A stretch of DNA of 64,000 nt, from NCBI GenBank assembly GCA_025558095.1, contig JAIVFI010000029.1, positions 530,753-594,752 of the forward strand, written 5' to 3'. Each line of letters opens with the position of its first letter. Position 1 is the first letter of the stretch. The notes beneath the pieces were generated by a model. It had not been told where the DNA came from, did no database searches, and worked only from the letters and a program-made list of their open reading frames with translations. The position numbers were made by a program, and so were the translations under genes. This document shows, piece by piece, positions 12,512 through 23,819 of the stretch. The DNA is from Hyaloraphidium curvatum SAG 235-1 (lineage: Eukaryota; Fungi; Monoblepharomycota).

Positions 12512-15417
12512 ATGAGCTCCGAAAACGCCGAAGAAGCGGACCGCCGCACGGCCCACCAGGTCCTCGCCGTAGCCCAGGCGCTGGCCGAGGGCAAGCTTCC
12601 CACGACCGGGCAGGCGACCGCTGCGATCCAGAAGCTCGAGGACCGCGGTACCCTCCTCGAAGCTTCGCGGGGCATGTCGATAGAAGGCCACACGCTCGTG
12701 CGCGACGCGGAGAAGCTTCTGGACACCTCCAAGCGGCTCCTGCAGGAGAAGAGCCCGGACGACCAGATGCAGAAGCTCATCTTCTACGCCAGCCGGGCCG
12801 GGCAGACCACCGCCGCCACCGCGGAGCGGAACGACATCCCGGTGGACGTGAGGGAGGAGATCAAGGGCGTGCTCGAGCAGCTGCGCAAGGGGGTCGACCA
12901 GGGTGCCCGGCTGGCGAGGCTGCTCGTGACCTCGGGCGAGTTCCGGCAGCTGCTCAGCGAGTCGTGGGAGCTGATCAAGGACACGTGAGTGCTCGATGGC
13001 GTCGATCACGTACTTCAGAGCCCCTGAGTGAGTGTTGTGGCTCCGCAGGCTCAAAACGCAGGGCGGCGAAGCCACGCGGTCGACCATCGAGGCCATCGAG
13101 CAGGGTAAGCCGCAGGAAGCCGTCTCCGCCGTCATGCAGAAGGCGGGCGAGACCAAGGACGTCCTCATGTCGTCGCATCTGAGCCACGGCGAGAAGCTGG
13201 ACCACGCGATCGCCAAGGCCAAGGAAGCCGCTGGCGAGGCCGCCGCACGCGTTCCGCAGCCCGTGAAGGACTCGGGCGCCGAGACCGCTGGCAAGATCGC
13301 CCCTCAGGTGGCTGGCCGCAGCGAGCGGCGCGGATCGGGCGACTCTGCCGAGACCTTCGCGGGCGGGCATCCGGTGCCGCGCCACGAGAAGCCCGGGCAG
13401 GACGCGGACTTTGCGACGACGTTTGCCGCCGGACACCCGCTGCCCGAGCCCGAAGAGGGTCAGGAGCCGGTGAAAGGTGCGGCGTCAGCGGCGACAGAGT
13501 CGGCCAAGCGCGCGGCGGAGGAGACGGGCAAGACGGCGCAGGGAGACCAATCGGGCGGACAGGCGGTCGACAAAGCCGAGGCTGCAGCCCGTGATGCTGC
13601 AGGCGCAGCCGCCGGGACGGTTCCGCAGGGCATCAAGGACGCTGCATCCAAGATCGGCACCGAGGAAGGCCGCTCGGAGCTCGCCGGCCGCGCATCCGAA
13701 GCCGCCGGGTCCGCCGCCGCCACCGTCGCGGACTTCCGCATCCCCCAGGACAGGATCGATGCCCTCGCCGACCGATTCAGGGCGCTCATGGTCGACGGCT
13801 TCGGATCGCGGGACGACTTCAGGCGCGGCCTCGAGGACCTCATGGCCGTCGTGGCGGACGCCTACGGGCGGACGAGGAACCTGCAGGAGCAGATGTCGAG
13901 CGTGGCGAGGGAGTGGACGATCGAGGCCAACGCCGACGCTTCCATCGCATTGCGAGGTGAGGATTGCCGTCAATCCGAGGTGAAAGTCCATGATTGGTTG
14001 CATCCTTACAGCCGCCAAGGAGCTGGTCGAGAACTTTGCCGACGGCAAGTCCACGGATGAGCTTCTCACGGCAACGAACCAAACGCTGAAGGAGCTCGGT
14101 AATGCTTTTTTGCGATCACCTCCGGGGTCAGATCTGATCGCTCCGCGACAGCCAACGACCTCAAGGTCTTCGACCTCCTCGCCGACGCCGAGTCCCTCGT
14201 CCGCGAGTCTCTCTCGGCCGACCTGCCCCAGGAAGAGTTCCGCACCCGCGCCTCGTCCCTCATCTCGCGCACGCGCGACGACCTCCTCCCTGCGTACTCC
14301 TCCAAGCTCGACGACCTGGCCTCCATGTACTCCTCCTTCCTCTCCGCGCTCTTCCTGCAGCGCGACGACACCGCCGCCGAGCTCGCGCAGGACTTCCAGG
14401 CGCTTTTCAGGGACGCGGCGCTGGACGCCTCGGGGAGGCCGACGTTCAAGCCCAGCCTGGTCAGGGACCTGGCGGGGCTGCTGCCGAGGCTGGCGGGGGC
14501 GCTGGCGTACGTGCCCGTGCCGAAAGTGCGGTACGAGGACGAGGACTACCTCGTGGTGCTGGACAACATCGTCGTCAAGGTCGGTTTGGCGTGCTCCTTC
14601 GGCCGATCGCTGCTGACCGACACGCGGCCGCGAAGTGCACCGACATCGTGCCCACCTACATGCGCGTCCGCACGGACACCCTCGTCGACACCAAGAGGCC
14701 CGCGGACGACCAGATTGTCAACGTCGTCGAGATCACGATGTGCGTTTGGCTCCTCTGCTGAACCGGATCGCTCGCTCATCGGTGTCGGCTATCCAGGTCC
14801 CGCATCAAGGCCAGCGCCAAGGACATCGCTTTCATGTACAACAAGCGGACGGGCCTCGTGCAAATTGGCGACGTAGGCATGGCTCCCCCGTTCCCGGTGC
14901 AGCTTCCCGCTCACGCATGCCCCCACACAGGTCGGCCTGCTCGACTTTTCCGTGACTGGCGAGGACGGCCTGACCATCCGCATCGTGCTCGAGCCCGCCC
15001 CCGCGGACGCCGCGGAGCCGGTCAGGATCGTCAGCTGCGAGGCGTCGGTGGACGACATGGACTTTGTCCTGCACGACACCAAGCATGAGTGGGCTTTTTG
15101 CCTGTCTTCACCTTTTCGTTTCGTCGCTGAACCGCGGATCCTGCAGCACCCTCTACGCGGTCCTCAAACCCTTCATCCACCCCTTCATCAAGTCGCAGTT
15201 GCAGGCCGGCATCGCCGACGCCGCGTCCAAGTTCATCGGGTCCTCGGCCAAGAAGCTGGCGGCGGCGGCGGCGGGGGAGACCAAGACCGTGGAGGTCGGG
15301 AAGATCGCGGGGCCGGTGCCGGAGTACGGTGCGTTCTGCGGCCGGAGGGGTGGGGAAGGGGAGCTGACGTCCACGACAGCGAGCAAGGCATACCACGTGA
15401 CGGCCCAAGGAGCTTGA
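12512..15417 (+). CDS. HAM1-like (DUF4449 / BPI-like fold) fungal protein, multi-exon
   Basis: ALAEGKLPT..Q..LLQEKSPDDQMQKLIF, LLVTSGEFRQLLS, PTFKP..LAYVPVPKVRYED...VLDNIV, DIAFMYNKRTG..GLLDF, and HDTKH..LYAVLKP resemble this family. Exon ends are approximate. Confidence 0.7.
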
Positions 15418-15500
15418 AAGAGGGTTCAATCTCCATTCAGAAGAAGCTTGTACAACATCAGTAGGCAATCTTGCTAAGACACAGATGAGCAGAAGAAAGT

Positions 15501-16072
15501 TCACGAGCTCCCCGAGCTGGAGGAGGAGGAACCCGTGGACGAGCTGCCGCGGCGCTTCCCATCGCGGCTGGCCTGCTTGGCCGCCTTCTTCTGCGCCTTC
15601 TCGGCGCTCTTTTGGGCCTTCCGCGCGTCCTTCTCGGCGTGCTTGTTTGCTTTTCGGAGCGCCTTGGCGTCCGCCTTGGGCATCGACATGGTGCGGGGAT
15701 CCACGAACCCGGCTTTGTTGCAGACCTTGCAGGGACTCCCACCGACGCGTCCCGAGCCTGATTTCGGCGAATGGCGGTGAGAAACGCGTAAACCAGCCGA
15801 GGGGGAGCACGGGAAGCCCGACCTCCGCATGCCGGACAGGGCACGAGGCCGCCCGGAGGACCCCACGCCATGGACGGCGGCGGCGGCAACACCTGCGCGC
15901 CGTACGGTGGCGGCATCGCGGGTTCCCCGAACGCAGGCGGCGACGGGCCGGGGGGAGGCGGAGGGGGGAACGCGGGCGGCGGCGCGTGTGACGGCCCGGG
16001 GACGGCGTCCTGGTAGGGGGGGGGCATCTCCGAGGGGGGAATGTAGTTGGGGAAGGGCGGTTTCTTCGACAT
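15501..16072 (-). CDS. Small Pro-rich protein with CxxCxGxG/CxxCxxxG zinc-finger pair and Lys-rich tail, 2 exons
   Basis: MSKKPPFP..PPPY..PCPACGG | intron | SGRVGGSPCKVCNKAG..KKAAKQASRDGKRRGSSS*. Confidence 0.65.
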
Positions 16073-16507
16073 TTTGTCTGAGTACGCGGCGGAAACTCGG
16101 GTTGCGTAGCGATGTCTGATGTCCGCGCTGGATCGCGGACGGAACAACTTGGAGCGTCTCCCGCAATGGCCCCGCCCCACGAGGATGGCCCGCGTTGAAA
16201 TAGAGAGGACGACTGATCGACTGTCGCCGCGGACGTAAATCACCCGAATCTTCCTTGGTTCTCTTCTGGCACGGCGTTCCCAAGTGAGCATCCCAGACAG
16301 TGGCGCCCGGGTTGATCCGGCAGAGATGCAAGCCGGCACACTTGTTCCTACCCCGGCATCCGGCAGATTTCGCTGATTGAGCCACTGCACACATCGGCAA
16401 GTGGTGGCCGACCGTCGGAGGTTGATCGGAACACCAGCCCATTCCGGCGGTGCGAGTAAAGGCCGCCCGCGGTCGTTCCGCCATTGGCCACGGCACCTGA
16501 TCCCGCG

Positions 16508-17139
16508 ATGTCCCGCCGGTCGCACACTGCCGGGGCCTTTGCCCTGACCGCACTGCTCTCCGCCGCCGTGCTCGCGGCGTGCTTGGGCCCGAGGTGACCC
16601 GCCCGCCGCGCAACGCCGTCCGCGAGCTGACCGGCAGCCCCCGCAGCCCCGCGGCCGCTGCGCCCACCACGCCCGCTGACGCCGGTGCGGTGCGTGTCCT
16701 TTTTGCCCGCTCCTGCGGCGATTGCGGTGATTCGAGCTACTGGTGGGCCGCTCCCCCGTCCCCCGCCGCCTTCCCTAGGCCGCTGACGGCCATGCCCCGC
16801 AGCGAGTTCGCCTACCCCGGCGCCCCCGAAGGTCACATCGCGTGCGTCGATGCGGACCCCGACGACCGGCACGTCCTCTTCCGTCGGTACACGCGCAGCT
16901 ACACCGATTGCCGCGGAACAATCCTCCCGGCCACCATCTGCTGCGACGGCGGGAACGCGGAGTTCCCGACCGTCTTCAACGTCGGAGGCTGCCGGGACGA
17001 GTGCGACAAACGAACGGGGTGCACCCACTTCCTGTTCGAACCGAGCGACCTGTTCCCTTTGTGCGTCACCTACACGAGCTGCAGCCAGGGGGTGAGTGCG
17101 GAAGGTTATCAGCTCTACGCCCTGGGAGGGTTCGGGTAG
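16508..17139 (+). CDS. Secreted Cys-rich protein: signal peptide + Cys4 pro-module + PAN/apple-like domain
   Basis: MSRRSHTAGAFALTALLSAAVLA signal. Removing intron 16743-16802 gives SCGDCGDSSYCEFAYPGAPEGHIACV..LFRRY, then CRDECDKRTGCTHFLF..C..Y..C (PAN-like spacing). Confidence 0.65.
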
Positions 17140-17321
17140 TGTCCGACAATCCAGGGGAGCTGCAGCTCGCCATTGAGATAGCTGAGGACGACGTGCGCTG
17201 CGGTCAGTGCGGGCGGCTGCGCGTGACACCGGGAACGGACGGGAAAGGGGAGCGAGCGACGGAGCATGGACGCGGAGGCGTCCCGCGGATGCAGGCATGA
17301 TTCTTGATTGACGATGCCCTT

Positions 17322-17500
17322 GGTGCGTCGACCGGCGGTACACCCGCAGCTACTCCAAGTGCCCCACGGCGGCCAGCTACTGTTGCACCGCCCCTTTACT
17401 TCCAGTTCGACTTCGGATCGATACCAATTTGTGTCACCTACAACGCGACCTGCAGGACGGGCTGCTTCGACGTTAATCTGCACCTTCACGCTCTGCAAGG
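17322..17500 (+). pseudogene. Degenerate, internally deleted duplicate of the PAN-like cargo exon
   Basis: GGCGGTACACCCGCAGCTAC versus CGTCGGTACACGCGCAGCTAC, and YFQFD..PICVTYNATC versus HFLFE..PLCVTYTSC. Confidence 0.55.
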
Positions 17501-17708
17501 GGTCGCGTGCCCAACGCTCCCGGCTAGCTGCTCGTCTCCGTATGAGTAGCTGAGGACCAATTCGTGCCTGTGAGCTTGGGCGAGGGCCTCTCCCTGCCGA
17601 AACGCGCGGGACAGGCACAATCGGGCGGCGGGAAGGTAACAGATTGTTAATGTTTGGTTCAGATCTACATGTTCCTTTTCTCTCCTTCTTGCTCTCCTTT
17701 GGTGCATT

Positions 17709-19668
17709 TCACACCATGTCCACGTCCGTCGTGCTGCTCGCCGCGCTGCCGTCGTGCCCGTCGTGCCCCGCGCCCTCGATCTCGATCGCCGCGTGCTGCG
17801 CGGCCGGGTGCGCCGCCTCGGCGGCCGCGGGCTCGTCGGGCACCTCGGCGCCCTTGGTCCCCGCCACGACCATGTTGACCATCTTGCCGCCCTCGCTCTG
17901 GGCGGGCATGCTGACCACCGGCCCGGCGGCCTCGACGTCCGCGGCCTGCACCGCCGACGACATGGCCGCCGTCCTCTTCCGCAGGTGGAACGTCTCGACG
18001 TCGTTGTTGTCCAGGTGCGTCCTGGTCCTCGCCAGGTCCTCCTTGGCCAGCCCGTTGTCCCGCGCCAGCTGCTCCTCGATCTCCTCCACCGTCGCGGGCT
18101 GCACCACCGCCGACCACACGCGGGCGGGGGCCACGGGGTGCTCCACGAAGAAGTCGATCTCGCGGCGGACGGTGGTGACGAGCTGGGTGAGGGGGAGGTC
18201 GTTGTCGTCGAAGCCGAAAGGGTTCTCGAGCTCCAGGCCTGCACGGGCGGGGGGAGATCAGCATCCGCGGCGGCGGGGGCGGGGGCGCGAGGGCGACGCA
18301 CCCATGCTCTCGAAACCCCAGATGATGAAGGAGCTGATGAACATCAGCAGGATGTTCCACCATCCCCAGTTGAGGAACTGGAACGGCAGGATGAGGAAGT
18401 ACACCAGCAGGGACTGCTTCAGGTGGATCGAGTAGATCGGGGGCATGGGGGTCGACAGGATGCGCTCGAGCGAGACCTGCGTGTTGGCGAGGTCCACGAG
18501 CATGCCGGGGGCCGATTTTCCCGCGCCGATGTATTCGCAGTCTTTCGAAAAGGTCAGCAAGGCAATCGGATCGCGGCACCGGAAGACCCACAGGAGTAGA
18601 GCAGCGTGATCATCTGGCTCGGCACGGACCACGAGTGCGGGTTCCTCCACGTGCCCGGCAGCTTGAAGTTGGTCATCCTGTTGGCGCCCTTGCCCTCCCA
18701 GCTCACGCCGGACGCGGCGCGCTGCTCCGAGGTCTCGAAAAAGTACCGTGGGACGGAGTGGTCCGACCATTCGGTGGCCAGGGAGCCGTTGGCCTCGCGC
18801 GGGATCAGGTCGACGCAGTCCGGGTGCTCCATGGGGTCTGCGGATGCGTCAGCCCGGCGACACACCCCGAGGCAGGGGCAGGGAAACCCACTCTCGTCGC
18901 GGAGGTGGTACATGAGCGCGTACAGGTACCCCACCGCGCACCGCATGGCCGAGTACTGCTTCTCCCTCTCCTCCTCGTTTTTGGGCGGGTAGAACACCGT
19001 CACCCACCGCGTGAACTCGCGCACGCGGGCCGTCGCCGTTTCGAAGAGCTTGCGGCCCTCGTACCACCGCTCGTAGGCCGAGTTGGTGCGGAAACCGAGG
19101 AGCAGCGAGACGGCGAAGCCGAAGATCGACAGGGCGGCGGCGGAGGGGGGGGACATGGCCTGGCGGTATCCGCCCAGCTCGGCGATCAGCTCGATGGCGA
19201 CGGTGTAGAGGGTCCCTGCAGGGATGCGGGATCAGTGCGTGATCGTGGGGCAGGAGCAAGGTTGCGCCCACAGAAGACGACGGTGGCCCACACCCGCGGC
19301 CACACGCTGCCGCTCCACCGTATCCAGCGGAAGGTCCAGCCGTTGGCGGCGGAGAGGTTGCCGCCCGGGAAGGGCGAGAGGAGCTTGTCCATGAAGGCCG
19401 AGTCATCTGCACCACGGGTGTCAGCGGTGCGGGTGCACGGGGCCGGCGCGGAGGGGGCTTACAGTTCGCCTTCTTTGAGGCCTATTGGGCGAGGGACGGG
19501 GCGAGAAGAGCGAAGGCGAGGGGGGCCGGGAGGGGAGGGCGGGCGGGATGAGGACACCGTTCCCCCGCCGCGCCGGCGCCGCGGGCCACCCACCCGCGCC
19601 TCGTTGGCGTAGACGTCCGCATTGGGCGCGCCGTGCGCGGCGGAAATGACCCCCTTGGCGGCGCTCAT
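17709..19668 (-). CDS. Bestrophin (RFP-TM/UPF0187) anion channel, multi-exon
   Basis: WSGSVWPRV, SLLLGFRTNSAYERWYEGRKLF, LERILSTPMPPIYSIHL, LELENPFGFDDNDLPL. The start codon is uncertain. Confidence 0.88.
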
Positions 19669-20562
19669 TCCGGTGTCGTGTGGGTGCCGCGTGCGACGAA
19701 GAAAGCGGGTGTCGCGTCCCTTGGTCTGGACCGCGGGCGGGCTGGTGCCGACGGCGATGCGATCGAGGACGCGGCGCGGGCCGAGTGGGGGATGCAGTCG
19801 GCTTGGAGAGATGGAGTGATGGCGCCGGATTGAGTCGGGATGGCGTCGGCGGGCGACGGAGGGTGGCAGGGGTTGCCTCGCGAGTTCGGACGAGAGCTTT
19901 GAGGGTTCCATCGCTCCAGGGTCCGGCAACAGACTTCAAACACCACGGAGCAGTGCACGGTCCGGCGGCCCAGAACAGTCGCAGAGGCAGAGGTGACGAC
20001 ATGATACCGGTCCGTCGCTCTGCGGCGCGTCCTGGTCCCGCGGCCGTCACTCCGGCTCCCCGTCCGCCTCGCCGCCGCGACGCCGCCCGCCCGCCCGAAC
20101 CCGTCCTCGGACGGTACGGTCCGAATGGGCGGTGCCCGGAGGAACAAGGGGCACCTGAGCCACGGGAGCAGCATGGAAACCACCGGCCGAATGGGAATCC
20201 CGGCAGGGCCGCACGGCACGGCGCCGGACCGTATCTCCCTGGACCGCCCCGAGAGATCGTGGCCATCCGCGCCCGAGGCGCCCCTTTTTCGCGATTACCG
20301 GGTTACATCCGCGTCCAAAGGCAATAGATTACGCGCCCGCGGCGCCCGCAAAAGTCCGTCGTCCGCCGTTCGCCGTCCGAGCGAACCGAGTCAGCTCCAA
20401 GTCGAGAGTGGGAAGGAAGAAAGAAGTAGGAAGGAGTCCAGAGGAGAAAGGAGAAGAAGGAGGAGGGGAGGAGGAAGGAACGGGTCCGAGGAGGTGTCCG
20501 AGGAAGCGTCCGGGCAGCTCGTTCCGGCCCCGCCCCCGAGGCGCGACCCCCGGTCCGCCCCG

Positions 20563-21239
20563 TCACGGCTCCGGCATCAGCAGCGCCACCTGCGCCAGCA
20601 AATCCAGCGCCACCTTCTCCCCCGCCCGCCTCCTCGCGCTCGCCCTGCTCGGCTCCCTGCTGCCTTGCTGCTCCTCCCTCGGCGGCAGCGGCCCGGCCTC
20701 CTGCCTCCGCACCGCCTGGCCCGCCCGCCGCGAGCGCAGGGTGGGGAAGGTGTTGCGGTACGCCTGCACGATCTTGCCGCGGGTTTCCTTGGAGGCGTGC
20801 TCGAGCGGGGGGTTGAGGAGGACGAACTTGCACACCTGGAGGTTGAACTCGAGCTGCCCCCGGCACGCCGTCAGCGCCCGTCCCGGGCCGCGGCAGGGAG
20901 CAGGGGTACCTCGTGCTCCGTCCGCCGTCCGCCCCGCCTCCTGCGCGCCGCCCCCAGCGCGCCCGGGTAGTGCGCCCACCGCCGCACGTCGCCCTCGTGC
21001 GCCTCGACCTCCTCCAGCGCCGCATCGAGGTCGAACAGCGTGCCGCCCACCACCACGCGGAACCGCTCCCTGCCCGCCGAGACGTATCTCCGCGGCTCGC
21101 CGGTCCACTCGGCCGGCAGCCCGTCGGGCTCCGTCGGGGGAACCGACGCCGGCGAGCCCGGGGCGTCGGCGGGGGGAGGGCTCTCCTCGGAGCGCAGCAC
21201 CGGCGGCGCGGAGGGGGGCGCTTCGACGGGGGAGGCCAT
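20563..21239 (-). CDS. Hypothetical protein, 2 exons
   Basis: MASPVEAPP..FRVVVGGTLFDLDAALEE.. | GT..CAG intron | LEFNLQVCKFVLLNPP..LDLLAQVAL*; coding-like codon pattern. Confidence 0.5.
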
Positions 21240-22770
21240 TGCGGGGGCCCGAGAGGTGGAGTGCGGGGCGGGCCGGGAGGCAGGGAAACAAAACGCGCCG
21301 GGGGCCATGCAGGCTGCAATCCGCCGCGCAGTCGCCAACGGGCAATATATTCCGGCTCCAACAAGTGCGACGCACGCGTCCGGCGCCACGCAGCGCGGGA
21401 TTCCCTCCCCCCGCTCTCTCCCCCGGCCCGAGTTGCCCCGCCACCGCCCAACCTCGCCACCCCCCGCCCGGGAGCACACCCCTTCCCCCGGTGGGCGCTC
21501 CACCGATCCCCGTAGCGTGCACGACGGAAAGACGGCGGGTCGCCGGGGGTGTTCCGGGGGTGGGGAGCGGGCGGGGGCCGGGGCCGGGAAAACCTTCGGT
21601 GGGGGTCCTTCGGGTTCCGGGGGGCGGATGGGCGCTCGTACGGGCGGATGCTGCTTCAGAATAGTGATTTATCTCGATTCCGATGCGCAGTGTGGGGGTT
21701 CCGGAGGGCGAACGTGAGCGAGCCGGGCGGGAGGTACCCGCGCGCCGCCAGCACGCACCAATCCCCGTCCGGGCCCCCGTCCCGCCCAGGTATTGCTTCC
21801 CCTCGTTCCAGGGGACCGAGAGGAAAGGAATGCCGTCCTTCGCCGGGCGCCGCGCGCGCTGCCGGACAACTGGCGCTTCCCTCCGGCCGTGCGACGGGAC
21901 GTGCGCGTGGGTCGAAGGGGGACGGTGGATCCTCGGAGTCATGCGGGAAGCCGGCCATTCCTGCAACCGCCTTCCCGTCGCCGATCCGGAGACGGGACGG
22001 GCCCGCGGCCGTCCGCAGGTGGCCCGGGGAGCACGCGGCAGCCGGTTCGTGACGGACAGGCAGGTATCGTTGGAGCCGGCGGGGATCGGGACCGGGAACG
22101 CTACGGGTACGGCGGGCAACGAAGCCCGCGCCGGGGGCGCGACTTATCTCCGGGTCCTGTATGCGGCGGGGCTTCCCGTCCCTCGACGGCATCCGCGGGC
22201 AAACGGCTTCCCCTGCCCGGGCAGAGCGCCGTTACCTGCCCGTCGCTCACGCCAGAGCGGCAGGATCGGCGCGGAGGAAGAGATGTGTTCCTGACTGCCA
22301 GTAGGGTCCGGGTTGGCCGGCGGGGGAGGTCCCCTGATTTCGGGCGGTTCGAACGGTCGTTGATGGACGGGAGATGGACGTCGTTCCGAGGAGATCGTCG
22401 AGGCCCGCAGCATCACTGTGTCCGCACGGGATGGAAGCGTCGGATGGCGGGCGGCCCCGGTGCGGCCGCGGCTCCGGGATCCAGGCCAAGGACACGCCGG
22501 CATCGTCGGCCAGGCGAGATAACCCCCGCTGGCGCCCGCGAAGCCCGGGGAAGGCACCACCGAGGTGGCCGCTGCTGTGCCGGGGGTGGCCGGCGGGGAT
22601 TGCGGCGGGGGACGGGGAGGCCGGCGGGTATCGGTCGTGGCCGGTTGCCTGAGCACAGCCCCGGTTCCCGCCGTCATCCGACGGTTCAAAAGTCCCTACC
22701 GGCCTCCAAACATAAGCAACTCCGTGCGGCCGCCGCAACCGCACCTTCCCTGCCCCCCGCCGCAGAAAGC

Positions 22771-23553
22771 ATGGCGGCCTCCGTCGCAATGCAGCAGCCC
22801 GCGGCGTGGCCCGCGCCGCAGCAGGCGTGGCTCGCGTACGCCCCGCACGACTTTTCGCCCTTCGCCGGCGCCTCGCTGCCCGCACAGGCGTACCACGCCA
22901 CGCCGCCCGCCGTGCCGTGGCTCCCCGCCGCGCCGCCGCCCGCGCTGCCCGCCGCCGCCCCGGTGCCGCCGCCCGCGTCGCCCGCGCCCTTGTGCACGCA
23001 CTCGGCCGGCGGCGATTCCGACGAGGGGTTCTGCTACTCGTGCATGCTCGAACGCTCCTCCACCCCGCCCTCGCCGCCCTCCCCCGCCTCCCTCCCCCCC
23101 GCCGCCTTCGCCCTGCCCCGCGGCCCGTCGGAGTCCCTCCCCGTCGCCCGCTCCTCCTCCCTCCTCCCCTCCCTCTCCCCGGACCTGCTCCCCTCGGCCT
23201 CCCTCCCGCTCGTCCGTGGGCCCTCCGCCGCACTGGCGCAGTCGGGATCCCCGGGACTGCACCCCCTCGCCCGCGCGCGCACAGCCGACTTTTCCCTGCA
23301 CGCCTCGCGCACCCTCCCCGCTTCCTTCCCCGCCGCGGACCCGGTGCACGGGTTCCCCCCCGGCATGCCCTACGCGCAGGGCGGATCGCCCGGGCTGCAT
23401 CCCTTCCCGGCCCACCAGTACCCGGCCGGCAACCAGGCCGTGTCGCTGAAGCTGAAGCAGTACCGCAGGGAGCAGGCGCGCAAGATCGAGGAGGTCAGGC
23501 GGAGGGGGGAAGCCGAGAGGGGCAACGGGCTCAAGAAGGCGTTCTCGGTCTAG
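22771..23553 (+). CDS. Hypothetical Pro/Ala/Ser-rich protein with a CxH..CxxC motif
   Basis: ATG 22771 to TAG 23553; contains CTHSAGGDSDEGFCYSC and a basic C-terminal helix (LKLKQYRREQARKIEE). Confidence 0.55.
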   Translation: MAASVAMQQPAAWPAPQQAWLAYAPHDFSPFAGASLPAQAYHATPPAVPWLPAAPPPALPAAAPVPPPASPAPLCTHSAGGDSDEGFCYSCMLERSSTPPSPPSPASLPPAAFALPRGPSESLPVARSSSLLPSLSPDLLPSASLPLVRGPSAALAQSGSPGLHPLARARTADFSLHASRTLPASFPAADPVHGFPPGMPYAQGGSPGLHPFPAHQYPAGNQAVSLKLKQYRREQARKIEEVRRRGEAERGNGLKKAFSV

Positions 23554-23819
23554 AGGGTTCCGACCGGGGATCAGGGGTCGATGGAGTTGGATTGGACAGC
23601 GTGGTGTGGGGCCGGCCTGCAGTGTGCAGCCGGGGAATACACGGGGCGCCGAGTGCGATTCGCGGGAGCCCATGGCGGGCGACGCGGTCCGGACGGGCCG
23701 TCCGCCCGAAACCGGGGGATGCTCACGCGGCGAGGATCGCATTCTGTCCGAAATCATCGACGGAGGATCGTGGGGAACAGGCTTGGGTGGGCCGCCGCCT
23801 CCCGTCGATCGAGCGCGGA

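Noticed and set aside
19700-22700. Many long overlapping Arg/Gly/Pro-rich ORFs
   Set aside because: Expected from high GC and stop-codon scarcity; only 20563-21239 looks coding.
22806-23819. N-terminal extension of the 1022-aa LRR ORF
   Set aside because: Off-frame, Arg/Pro-rich overlap of the 22771 gene; homology with copy B begins near ATG 23820.
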